Positions 10,840-23,252 of a stretch of DNA of 64,000 nucleotides are shown piece by piece; within the stretch, counting starts at the first letter, position 1, and each line of letters opens with the position of its first letter. The notes beneath the pieces were generated by a model. That model did no database searches and was not told the origin of the DNA. It saw only the letters and a program-made list of their open reading frames with translations. Both the position numbers and the translations under genes were made by a program. The stretch comes from Hemiscyllium ocellatum (Eukaryota), in assembly GCF_020745735.1 (NCBI RefSeq), contig NC_083417.1:62062001-62126000 (forward strand), written 5' to 3'.

Positions 10840-13800
10840 AGTAGCACAGGTTTCACGGGACTTGTAAAACTGTCCTGTGAAACAGAGGTGAACTTTTTTT
10901 GTCAAGAGGTGCGAGGAAGGTGCAGAGGACTGCTGGGAAGGTCAGTAAAACTGTTCAAAATACTTACCTCAGGCTTCAGGGCCTCCATTTGTCGAGAGGT
11001 GAAAGGGAAGAGAAGAGGACCACTGGGAAGGTGAGTATAAAACAAATTTTTTTAAACAGAGCAGCGAGAATATAGGCCAGAGAGAAATGAGGGCTGCCGG
11101 GAAGTTTTTAAGTGGGTGAGATCTCCGGCTCCTCTAAAACCGAGTTAGGGAACTGGAACTGGAGCTGGATGAACTACGGATCATCCAGGAGGCTGAGGGA
11201 GAAATTGAGATGATGCACAGGGAGGTGGTCACTCCTCAGACACAGGATAAGGACAGCTGAGTTACAGTCAGGAGGAGGAAAGGGAACCAACAGACAGGGC
11301 AGGGATCCCCTGTGGCTGTTCCCCTCAGCAATAAGTACACCGTTTTGGGTACTGTTGGTGGGGACAGCCTACCAGGGGGAAGCCATAGTTGTCAGGTCTC
11401 TGGCACTGAGCCTGGCACTGTGGCTCAGAAGGGAAGGGGGGAGAACAGAAAAGCACTAGTGATAGCGGACTCAATAGTTAGACAGATTGACAGGAGATTT
11501 TGTGGTCATGAACAGGACTCCCGGAAGGTATGTTGCCTCCCCGGTGCCAGGGTCCAGGATGTTGCCGATCGGGTTTACAGGATTCTGAAGGGGGAGAGTG
11601 AGCAGCCAGAAATCATAGTACATATTGGCACCAATGATATAGCCAGGGAAGGGATTGAGGATTTGAAAAGCAACTACAGAGAGCTAGACTGGAAGCTGAA
11701 GAGCAGGACGAATAAAGTAGTGATCTCGGGTTTGCTACCGGTGCCACGAGATAGTGAGATGAGGAACAGTCAGCAAATGCAGCTTAACACGTGGCTGCGA
11801 GGCTGGTGCAAGAGGGAGGGCTTCAGATACCTAGACCATTGGGATACCTTGTGGGAAATGTGGGATCTGTACGTAAAGGATGGATTGCACCTGAACTGGA
11901 GGGGCACAAATGTTCTGGGTGGGAGATTTGCTTGTGTGATTTGGGAGGGTTTAAACTACTTTGGCAAGGGGTTGGGAATCAGAGCTACCTATCTGAGAGG
12001 GGGGCAGTTGTAGATGGGGCAGTGACAGGATGTACTGAATCTATCGGGAAGGTTTCTCACGTGATGAAACAAAGGGATCAGTTAAGGTGTGTCTGCTTTA
12101 ATGCAGTGAGTGTCAGAAATAAGAGTGATAAACTTAGAACATAGATCAGTACTTAGGGCTATGATGTTGTGGCCATAACAGAGATGTGGGTTTCACAGGG
12201 GCATGAATGGTTGCTTGATGTTCCAGGGTTTAGAATGTTTAAAAAGAACAGGGAGGGTGGAAAAAGAGAAGGGGATGTAGCATTGCTAATCAGAGAGTGC
12301 ATCACAGCTACAAAGGTTGTTGAGGAAGGTTTGTCTACTGAGTCAGTATGGATGGAAGTTAGGAACAACAAGGGAGCAGCCACCTCATTGGGGTTTTCTA
12401 CAGACCCCCTAATTGCAGTACAGAGACATAGGCTAGCAGATTTTGGAAAAATGCAGATGTAGCAGGGTTGTTGTTATGGGAGATTTCAACTTTCCCAATA
12501 TCGACTGGAACCTCCTCAGTGCAGATGGTTTGGATCGAGCCGTTTTTGTCAGGTGTGTTCAGGAGAGTTTCCTCACTCAGTATGTGGACAGGCTGACGAG
12601 GAGAGAGGCCATTTTGGATTTGGTTCTCGGCAATAAGCCAGGACAGGTGTCATATGCCACGGTAGGAGAACACTTTGGTGACAGTGACTACAATTGCCTC
12701 ACATTTGCCAGAGCCTTGGAGAAGGAAATGAGTAGTTACCAAGGGAAGATATTTAATTGGGGAAAAGGAAATTATGACACCATCAGACAGGAATTGGGAA
12801 GTACAAACTGGGAGCAATTGTTCCACAGAAAGGGCAAAGCAGACATGTGGAGACTGTTTAAGGAGCAGTTGTTGCGAGTGATGCACAAATTTGTTCCTCT
12901 GAGACAGGTAAGAAGGGGTAACGTTAAGGAACCTTGGATGATGAGAACAGAGGAGCTTCTCGTCAAAGAAAGAAGGCAGCTTTTGTAAGGTGGAGGAAGC
13001 AAGGATCAAGTACAGCTTCAGAGGATTACAGACTTGCTAGAAAAGAGCTCAGAAATGGACTGAGGAGAGCCAGGAAGGGGCATGAAAAAGACTTGACAGG
13101 AAGGATTAGGCATTTTACTCTTACGTGAGAAATAAGAGAATGATCAGGGAGAAGGTAGGGCTGATCAACAATAGCATAGGGAATTTGTGCATAGAGTCTG
13201 AGCAGATAGGTGAAGCCCTAAATGAGTTTTTTGCTTCCATTTTCAGTAAGGAAAGGGACCTTGTTGTGAATGAGAACAGGTTTCAACAGATCGAGATTGA
13301 TGAGGTTGATGTGCTGGAAAGTTTGGTAAACATTAAGATTGATAAGTCCCCAGAGCCAGACCAGATTTATCCTAGGCTGCTCCATGAAGCGAGAAAGGAG
13401 GTTGCTAAGCTGCTGGCGAAGATCTTTGCTTCCTCACTCTCCACGGGAGTTGTACCAGAGGATTGGAAGGAGGCGAATATTGTTTCTCTTTTCAAGAAGT
13501 TGTAATAGGGAAATCTCTGGCAATTACAGACCAGTCAGTCTTACATCCGTGGTCAGCAAGGTTTTGAAAAGAATTCTGAGGGACAGGATTTATGACAATT
13601 TGGAAAAGCATAGCGTGTTTAAAGACAGTCAGCATGGCTTTGTGAGGGGCAGGTCATGCCTCACTAATCTTATTGCGTTCTTTGAGGAGGTATCAAGATA
13701 GGTTGACGATGGTTGAGCAGTGGATGTGGTGTATATGGACTTCGGCAAGGAATTTGATAAGGTTCCCCACGGTAGGCTCATTCATAAAGTCAGGTGGTAT

Positions 13801-14450
13801 GGGATACAGGGATATTTGGCTGTCGGGATTCAGAATTGTTTGGCTAAGAGAAGGCAGAGAGTGGTTGTAGATGGAAAGTATTCTGCCTGGAGGTCAGTGT
13901 TGAGTGGTGTCTTGCAGGGCTCTGTTCTTGGGCCTCTGCTCTTTGTAGTTTTTATAAATGACTTGGATGAGGAGGTTGAGGGGTGGGTTGTTAAATTTGC
14001 CGATGACACAAAGGTTGGAGGTGCTGTTGATAGTATAGAGGGCTATTGCAGGCTACAGCGCAACATAGACAGGTTGCAGAGCTGGGCTGAGAAATGGCAG
14101 ATAGATTTCAACCTGGATAAATGCTAAGTGATGCATTTTGGAAGGTTGAACTCGAATGCTGAATATAGGATTAAAGACAGGATTCTTGGCAGTGTGGAGG
14201 AACAGAGGGATCTTGGTGTTCAAATACATAGATCCCTCAAAGTTGCCACCAAATGGATAGGGTTGTTAAAAAAGCATATGGTGTTTTGGCTTTCATTAAC
14301 AGGGGGATTGAGTTTAAGAGCCGCAAGGCTTTGTTACAGCTCTACAAGTTCCTGGTGAGACCACACTTGGAATATTGTGTCCAGTTCTGGTCGCCCTACT
14401 ATTGGAAAGATACAGAGGTTTTGGAGAAGGTGCAAAGAAGGTTTACCAAG
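10840..14450 (+). mobile_element. near full-length CR1 LINE: 5' UTR, ORF1 (SGNH esterase), ORF2 (APE endonuclease + RT); frameshifted, 3' end missing
   Basis: ORF 11312-12013 has IADSIVR / HIGTND / DGLHLN; ORF2 fragments AITE.W, VMGDFNFPNIDW, GDSD, NYRPVSLTS, QGSVLGP, FADDTK. Confidence 0.92.
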
Positions 14451-14571
14451 GTGTACCACAGCACATGATGAAAGGAAGACCATCACCATCTACAACAATA
14501 AAGATATTCAGTCACAGGATCAGCATGTGCACATGAAGGAAGGCTGCAGGAAGGAGAACTATGGAAAAAGA

Positions 14572-15960
14572 TGGTGGATAAATCCCCAGGACCTGATCAG
14601 GTGTACCCTAGAACTCTGTGGGAAGCTAGGGAAGTGATTGCTGGGCCTATTGCTGAGATATTTGTATAATCGATAGCCACAGGTGAGGTTCCAGAAAACT
14701 GGAGGTTAGCAAATGTGGTGCCACTATTTATGAAAGGTGGTAAGGAAAAACCAGGGAACTATAGACCAATGAGCCTGACATCAGTGGTGGGCAAGTTGTT
14801 GGAAGGGATCCTTAGTGACATAAGTTACATGCATTTGAAAAGGCAAGGACTGATTTGGGACAGTCAACATCGTTTTGTGCACGGGAAATCATGTCTAACT
14901 TAATTGAGTTTTGTTGAAGAAGTAACAAAGTGGACATTTCCATATGGACTTCAGTAAGGCATTCAACAAAGTTCCATGTGGTAGACTGATTAGACTGGAA
15001 TATAAAGATACATATAAGAAATTTAGATGTGAACATAGGAGATATGGTTAGTAGTTTGCAGATGACATCAAAATTGGTGGTGTAATTCACAGCCAAGAGG
15101 TTTATCTCAGTACAATGGGATCTTGAGCAGATGGGCAAATGGGCCGAGGAGTGGCAGATGGGGTTTACTTAGATAAATGTGAGGTGCTGCATTTTGGAAA
15201 GGCAAATCAGGGCAAGACTGATATATGTAATGGTAAGATCCTGAGGAGTGTCGCTGAACGAAGAGACCTTGGAGTTCAGGTTCATAGTTCCTTGAAAGTA
15301 GAGTTGCAGGTAAATAGGATAGTGAAGAAAGTGTTTTGGTATGCTTTCCTTCATTGGTCAGAGCATTGAGTTGGAGGTCACATTGCAGCTGTACACGACA
15401 TTGCTTTAGCCACTTTTGAACTGTTGCATTAAATTCTGGTCTCCCTGCTATAGGAAGGCTGTTGTGAAACTTGAAATGGTGGAGGCAAGATTTACAAGGA
15501 TGTTGCCAGGTTTGGAGGGTTTGAGCTATAAGGGCAGACTATATAGGTTGGGGCTATTTTCCCTGGAGCATCAGAGACTGAGGGGTGACCTTATAGAGGC
15601 TTAAAATCATGGGGAGGATAGACAGAGTGAACAACCAAGGCCTTTCCCCCAGGGTAGCAGAAACCAAAACTAGAGGGCATAGGTTCAGGTGAGAGAGGAA
15701 AGATTTAAAAGGGACCTGAGGGGCAATGTTTTCATGCAGAGGGTGGTGTGTGTATGGAATGAGCTGTTGGAGGAAGTGGTGGAGGCTGGTACAATTACAA
15801 CATTTAAATGGCATCTGAATGGGTACATGAATAGGAAGGGTTTAGAGGGATATGGGCCATATACTGGCAAATGGGACTAGATTAATTTATCACATCTGGT
15901 TAGTATGGACAAGTTGGACTGAAGGGTCTTTTTCCATGCTGTATAACTCTATGACTCTAT
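14572..15960 (+). mobile_element. CR1 LINE, 5'-truncated, internally deleted
   Basis: PGNYRPMSLTS, DKCEVLHFG, RGDLIE; (ACTCTATG)n-type tail at about 15946-15962. Confidence 0.9.
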
Positions 15961-16764
15961 GTGCTGAGATTACAGGGGCACACCGGGTTTACAATCAGAT
16001 ATTTAGCTTCTTTCACCAGTAGAAAGACTTCTGCTGGATGATGATGTCATGGAAGCTCGTGATAAAACACTTGGTTATTCTCGGATCCTACCAGGCTGCT
16101 ACTGGATATCTATCCAGAAACTCTCAGTCAGCTACAGACATGCATACACCAATGATGGATTGTTTCCATGAACTTTCAATTGTATAAATTTCCCCTGTGA
16201 CAATAATTGTCAGAATAAGTGGTCACTCAAGATTTACCTCTGTTGTCTAGAAGACCCCCTCCAAGTACAGGATAATATCAACTCTATGCGCATGGCAGCC
16301 AAAGAACCATCACATCCACTGAAAGTCATTATAAACCAAAATTTTTATCAATGTACATCTGGTTTGCAATGACTAAAAGATGTCGATTTATATCTGTATC
16401 AGATTTCTTACAGTAGTCCACCATCGAAAAGGCACAAATCAGGCGCATGGTGAAAAATCTCCATTTTCTTGGATCAGTGCAACAACACTCAAGATGCTAG
16501 ACATTATCTAGGACAAATCAGCCTATTTGATTGGCATTCTCTCTCTTACTTTAAACACTCACTCCTTTGGCCATAGATGTACAATAACAGCAACGTATAT
16601 AATCTACAATATGCACTCCAGCAACTCACCAGCATACCTTTGACAGCACCTTCTAACCTCCGATCACTACCAACTAAATGTGGAAGGATAGCACGTGTGT
16701 GGGAACACTATCACTGAGTCAAAATCCTGAAATTCCCTTCCAATAGCACAATGTCACAAGCGTG

Positions 16765-16950
16765 ATAGAGACATCCAGGACGGAAACAGACCCTTTGGTC
16801 CAACTCATCCATGCCAACCTAAATTAATCTAGTCATTTGCCAGCACTTGGCCCATATCCCTCTAAACCCTTCCTATTCATGTACCCATCTAGATGTCTTT
16901 TAAATGTTATAATTGTACCAGCCTCCACCACTTCCTCTGGCAGCTCATTC
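16765..16950 (-). mobile_element. CR1 3'-end fragment nested in an older LINE remnant (about 16440-17045)
   Basis: reverse complement of the CR1 3' end seen at 15755-15940. Confidence 0.8.
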
Positions 16951-17533
16951 CAATGTGTACTCACACTCCCAAAGTACTGTCACTGTTCACTACTGGCTCA
17001 CTACACTTTGTCAAGGGTAATTAGGAATGAGCAATAAATGCTGGCACTCCAACCTGCATCTTTTGCAATCATCTGCTGGAGAGAACAATTTTCTTGACAG
17101 CATTTTCTCTATAAAAGCCCTCATAAATTTTAGTAACTCCATAAAATCTCCTACAACCTTTGCTTGTTTGCTGATTGATTCTGTTGGCTAGAGGTTAGCC
17201 TGTGGTTCAGGTTTGTTTTCTGTTATAATTGTAGTAGACTTGACACCCGTCTCTTTTTCTGCCCTGAGAGTGGAAGACAAATCATTACAACCAAAAACTG
17301 CTAAGAAAATAGCTCAGGTTGAAGTATTAGCAAACAATAAGCTAAGGATCTGCCTTTGGAAGAAGACATCATGATTGGTGAACCTTTGTGCCTTATGGAA
17401 ACCATATACAATTTCCACACCCCCATTACTGAGTTAACCCTCCTTCTATCTAATGAACTAGCAGATAAGGGAAAGTAAACAGTACAGAAGCTGAAAGTTG
17501 AATCCTCATTCCATTTGCTTCATCTTTCCATAG

Positions 17534-17617
17534 GGCTGTGACAGACAGATGATTTATGACATGCTGAAACGACTGAAGTCAGTGGTGTACCTGCCCGGAG
17601 ACTACGTGTGCAAGAAG
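17534..17617 (+). CDS. CNGB1: CNGB1 coding exon (start of CNBD); 84 nt
   Basis: ctttccatAG acceptor, AAG|gtaatt donor; [28 protein letters not shown]; absent from the ORF track. Confidence 0.95.
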
Positions 17618-17654
17618 GTAATTATTTCTAAAACTGCTAAATGTTTCTGTTAAA

Positions 17655-17890
17655 AGAAAACTTTGCATTTATGTATCTTTGCATCTTTCATGGCCTTTTG
17701 ATGTCCCAAAGCATCTTACAGTCAATCACTATCAGAATGTGGGAAATGTAGCAGCTATTGTTGTGCACAATAAGATCCCACAAACAACAATGAAATAATG
17801 AATTGATAGTCTAGTTTTTATATATGTAAATTGAGGGACAAGTATTGGTCAGAACATTAAAGGAAATTTCCAGCTTTTCTTCAAGACTCA
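17655..17890 (-). mobile_element. Deu-domain SINE just downstream of CNGB1 exon
   Basis: ttgcatttat..gatgtcccaaagc..gatcccacaaaca..ttgagggacaagtattgg, reverse of the DeuSINE 3' half. Confidence 0.6.
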
Positions 17891-18539
17891 TTGACTCTTT
17901 CATATCCACCTTATAATAACATTTCTTCTGAAACACAAATCTCAATGGAACTCCAATATCAAAGGAATTTGCCATCAGTACAACACCAGAGTGTTAGTCC
18001 ACATTATGTATTGGTGTTTCTGGTTAATAGTCACTCTGTCATAACAGTGTCTATTTATTTGCCTAGGTTTTCACTTCTTCATCTTAACGCCCTGCAGTTT
18101 TCTTCAAAACTGATTTTATCTCTAAAAACAAACAGAAACTGATCTTTGCTACTTTGTTTCTCCTTTAAGAGCTTTGTTCCTCCGAACAAAAACAGTTCCT
18201 TTATTAGATGGAGAGAAATAGAAAATTAAATCTGTGAGGTCTTTAAGACAAATAGCAAATCCAGAAACCCAGTATGAACTGGGCAAGTTCATGTTTGTTT
18301 GAAAGATCAGCAGCTTTGTTCATTTCAGACAGTTCTTCTTCAAATGCATCAGACAGACCTGAGCATGTCTGTGAAGATATTAATTTAAACTGGAGCTAGA
18401 GTTTAATGTGAGTTGGGAGAGCTTTCAATCTGGAGTCTCAGCCAGGAATGAATTTGAGAGGGATACTCAAAAGGACATTGAAGGATGCAAATGCCTACCT
18501 GATCAACTAAAAAAGGATCTGCCGTATGAACTGGTAACA

Positions 18540-19035
18540 TCAGGTGGGGCCCTGAACAAATCTGTACAGATATCACCAAGTAAGGTCTTGTATACAACCT
18601 GTACATTATCACTAAGTATGGTCAGGTAGAGCCTTGCAAGCAATCTGTACAATATTGTCAGGTAATAGCTTGCACACAATCTATTCTGGTATCATAAGGT
18701 ATAATCTTGTAACCAATCTGTACAGGTATTTACAGGTAGTGCCCTTCACACATCTTGTACAAATTTGTACAGATGTCACCAGGTGGGATCATGCACACAC
18801 TTTTGCAAGTATCATTAGATAGGGTCCCCCATTCACTCTTTATCAATATCAATAAATACTGTCCTGCAGGTAATCTGTTTGGGTATTGCCTAGTATGGTC
18901 CTGCACTCACTTTTCACAAGGATCCTCAGGTAGGGACACGTACACACTCTTTACAGGTATCATCAAGTAAGTCCCTAAAGATGATTTGGAGAGGTATTGT
19001 GAGATTGAGTCCTGTACTCATTCTGTACAGATACC
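18540..19035 (+). repeat. degenerate minisatellite, unit about 36-37 bp
   Basis: recurring caggtagggccttgcacacaatctgtacaggtatcat-like units. Confidence 0.75.
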
Positions 19036-19292
19036 TTCACCCAGAACCCTGCCACATTCTGGATCCAATGGGCTGTTTCTCACACGTGGGATAAAAGATG
19101 TAATTACAAATGGCTGGTCAATCTTTCTCTTTGCTTATCACTCCGAGTTCTTACAATTTGAAATAGGTTAGTCAGAAAATTATTTTATTTATTTAAGTTT
19201 TAGTGTTCCATTCTTGTTTCACAGGCATGATAATGTTTGGTTGAATATAACAACTTCTAACTTGGATAACAATCAGATAATGTTTTATTTAA

Positions 19293-21818
19293 GTGATGGG
19301 TTTGTATTATAGACCCTCTAATAGTCAGAGCAAAATTGAGAAACAAATTTGTAGGGAGATCTCAGTTATCTGTAAGAATAATAGCGTGGTTATGGTAGGA
19401 GATTTTAACTTTCCAAACGTAGACTGGGACTGCCATAGTGTTAAGGGTTTTGATGGAGAGGAATTTGTTAAGTGTGTACAAGAAAGTTTTCTGATTCAAT
19501 ATGTGGATGTACCTACTAGAGAAGCTGCAAAACTTGACCTATTCTTGGGAAAAAAGGCAGGGCAGTTGACTAAGGTGTCAGTGGGGGAGCACTTTGGGGC
19601 CAGTGACCATAATTCTATTAGTTTTATAATAGTGATGGAAAAGGATAGAGTAGATCTAAAAGTTGAAGTTCTAAATTGGAGAAAGGCTAATTTTGACGGT
19701 ATTAGGCAAGAACTTTCAAAGGCTGAATGGGGGCAGATGTTCGCAGGTAAAGGGACGGCTGGAAGATGGGAAGCCTTCAGAAATGAGATAACAAGAGTCC
19801 AGAGACAGTATATTCCTGTTAGGGTGAAAAGAAAGGCTGGTAGGTATAGGGAATGCTGAATGACTAAAGAAATTGAGGGTTTGGTTAAGAAAAAGAAGGA
19901 AGTATATGTCAGGTATAGGCAGGATAGATCGAGTGAATCCTTAGAAGACTACAGAAGGCAGTAGGAGTATACTTAACAAGGAAATCAGGAGGGCAAAAGG
20001 GGGACATGAGATAGCTTTGACAAAGTTAAGGAAAATCCAAAGGGTTTTTATGAATACATTAAGGACAAAAGGGTAACTAGGGAGAGAACAGAGCCCCTCA
20101 AAGATCAGCAAGGCGGCCTTTGTGTGGAGTCGCAGGGGATGGGGATATACCAAACAAGTATTTCGCATCAGTGTTTACTGTGGAAAAGGATATGGAAGTT
20201 ATAGAATGTAGGAAAATAGATGGTGACATCTTGCAAAATGTCCATATTACAGAGGAGGAAGTGCTGGATGTCTTGAAATACATAAAAGTGGATAAATCCC
20301 CAAGATCATATCAGGTGTACCCTGGAACTCTGTGGGAAGCTAGGGAAGTGATTGCTGGGCTTCTTGCTGAGATATTTGTATCATCGATAGTCATAGGTGA
20401 GGTGCTAGAAGACTGGAGGTTGGTTAACATGGTACCACTGTTTAAGAAAGATGGTAAGGACAAGCCAGGGAACTATAGACCAGTGAGCCTGACATCGGTG
20501 GTGGGCACGTTGTTGAAAGGAATCCTGAGGGACAGGATGTTCATGTATTTGGAAAGGAAAGGAATGATTAGGGTTAGTCAAACTTGATTGAGTTTTTTGA
20601 AGAAGTAACAAAGAGGATTGATGAGGGCAGGGTGGTAGACATGATCTATATGGACTTCAGTAAAGCGTTCAACAAGGCTCCCCATGGGAGACTGATTAGC
20701 AAGATTAGATCTCATGGAATACAGGGAAAACTAGCCATTTGGATACAGAACTGGCTCAAAGGTAGAAGACAGAGGGTGGTGGTGAAGAGTTGTTTTCAGA
20801 CTGGAGGCCTGTGTCCAGTGGAGTGCCACAAGGATCGGTGCTGGGTCCACTCCTTTTCGTCATTTATATAAATGATTTGGATGTCAGCATAAGAAGTATA
20901 GTTAGTAAGTTTGCAAATTACACCAAAATTGGAGGTGTAGTGGATAGCGAAGAAGGTTACCTCAGATTACAACGGGATCTTGATCAGATGGGACAATGGG
21001 CGGAGAATTGGCAGATGGAGTTTAATTTAGATAAATGTGAGATGTTGCATTTTAGGAAAATAAATCTTAGCAGGTCTTATACACTTAATGGTAAGGCCCT
21101 AGGGAGTGTTGCTGAACAAAGAGACCTGGGAGTGCTGGTTCATAGCTCCTTGAAAGTGGAGTCGCAGGTAGATAGGATAGTGAAGAAGGCCTTTGGTGTG
21201 CTTTCCTTTATTGGTCAGAGTATTGAGTACAGGAGTTGGGAGGTCATGTTGCGGCTGAATTGGTTAGGCCACGTTTGGAATATTGCATGCAAGTCTGGTC
21301 TCCTTCTTATCAGAGGGATGTTGTGAAACTTGAAACGGTTCAGAAAAGATAAACAAGGATGTTGCCAGGGTTGGAGGATCTGAGCTATAGGGGGAGGTTG
21401 AATAGGCTGGGGCTGTTTTCCCTGGAGTGTCGGAGGCTGAGGGTGACCTTATGGAGGTTTAAAAAATCATGAAGGGCATGGATAAGATAAATAGACAAAG
21501 TCTTTTCCCTGGGGTGGGGGAGCCCAGAACTAGACAGCATAGGTTTAGGGTGAGAGGGGAAAGATGTAAGAGAGACCTAAGGGGCAACTTTTTCATGCAG
21601 AGGGTGGTACATGTATGGAATGAGCTGCCAGAGGAAGTAGTAGAGGCTCATATAATTGCACCATTTAAAAGGCATCTGGATTGGTATATGAATAGGAAGG
21701 GTTTGGGGGAATTTGGGCCAGGTGCTGGCAAATGGGACTAGATTGGGTTGGGATATCTGGTCAGCATGGACAAGTTGGATCGAAGGGTCTGTTTCTGTGC
21801 TGTACGTCTCTATGACTG
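19293..21818 (+). mobile_element. CR1 LINE ORF2 (APE to RT to 3' UTR), relatively young
   Basis: long ORF pieces [39 protein letters not shown]; tail ctctatgactg. Confidence 0.93.
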
Positions 21819-23133
21819 TATTTGTTGTACAAATAGTGGCCACACCACTCAGGATCACTACCCATTCTTCTAGTTCTTTGTACTTTTTTTGTCCAAAATA
21901 GTATTTCCGCCAATTTTGTTTTCGGCTGCAATGGACCCCTGAAGTTTGTGTATCGCAGCAGGAACCAGACCTCAATGCTGTGAATGGTACCAATGGCCAT
22001 GTGCGGACCCTTGGAGCAGCTGCACAGCTTAGAGGGAACATCGGTCCAAAGCCAGATGAATATCAGTCCTTCATACATCTCTGAACACAACAACATTGGG
22101 ATTTGCAGCCTTGCTCTGTATTTGCCAGAAGTACTTTCACCAATTCACATGAATTACAAGCTACTTCATTGTGTCTCAGATTTTCAAAAATAAGTCTATA
22201 ACCTCTAAACACCACCTTAAATAACATTTAATTAACTTTATTTCGACCTTTAAACCAGTATCTGTTTCAGCATTTCAAAAGAAAAATTGAGGGTCAATAA
22301 AATTGAATCTTATTTCCTTAACTTGGAATATTATGAACAAGAAATAATATTCAGTTGTGCATCATTAGGAGTACTTTGCTGCTCTTTTTGTATATAGAGG
22401 TGAGCACTTACATCACTAAAATATTTAACAGTCAATAGAAAGGTGCAGTTGTGAATTGAATCCAGCCTCATTCTCGTCCTGTCTATATTGTGTATGAATG
22501 AAGGGATTGATTTTAACCTAACACATCAGCTGGAACCAGGGATGGTGCCACGTTTAAACCCCACTCCATTTTTGTTTTCATTTATTCTTTTGTGGTTTCT
22601 TTAGTGAACCAGCCTTTTATTTAAAAAAAGAATCAATTATAGTCTCACGGTCACCATTACTGACCAGCCGTTTAATTCCAGAATTTATTCACAGAAATTA
22701 AATTGCAACAGTTGCAAGATTTGAACACGTTTCCATAGTTCGGTGACACAAGTGATGTTACCTGTATACAACCATCTCTAAACTCATTCGCTTTATGCCC
22801 ACTCCATTTATACCCACCTGATCTAAACAACACAATTTACATACAGTGCAGTTTACAAACCACAAAAATGTACACCTGGCACAACACTCATCATACAGTA
22901 TTTACTATACATTCCACCTTATTTTTATCCTCTACTCACCAGATCAAAATTGGGGTTAAAGTGGTAATGGGTGTATATATTTATTACATACAGGTATGCA
23001 CAATTAAGTGCAAACATGAATATATATGCAATAAAGCACATAGACACATATGCAAATGAACTACACCTTATCCTTGAATTCTTGTCTGGAGTTCTTGTTA
23101 ATCTGATTAGAAGCCAATTGATTTTTATTTCAG

Positions 23134-23252
23134 GGAGAGATTGGGAGAGAAATGTACATCATTAAAGCTGGAGAGGTCCAGGTTGTTGGTGGCCCTGATG
23201 GAAAGACTGTGTTTGTGACTCTACGAGCAGGTTCTGTATTTGGCGAGATCAG
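23134..23252 (+). CDS. CNGB1: CNGB1 coding exon (CNBD beta-roll); 119 nt
   Basis: tttttatttcAG acceptor, AG|gtgagg donor; [39 protein letters not shown](S) with the FGE motif. Confidence 0.95.

Noticed and set aside
10960-10969. U1 snRNA gene or pseudogene
   Set aside because: Only the first 10 nt match; the downstream sequence is not U1
12085-14450. Active retrotransposon ORF2
   Set aside because: Multiple frameshifts and stops; all CR1 ORF fragments in the window are pseudogenised
18540-19035. CRISPR-like periodic array
   Set aside because: Units are contiguous and degenerate with no unique spacers; vertebrate intron, no cas genes
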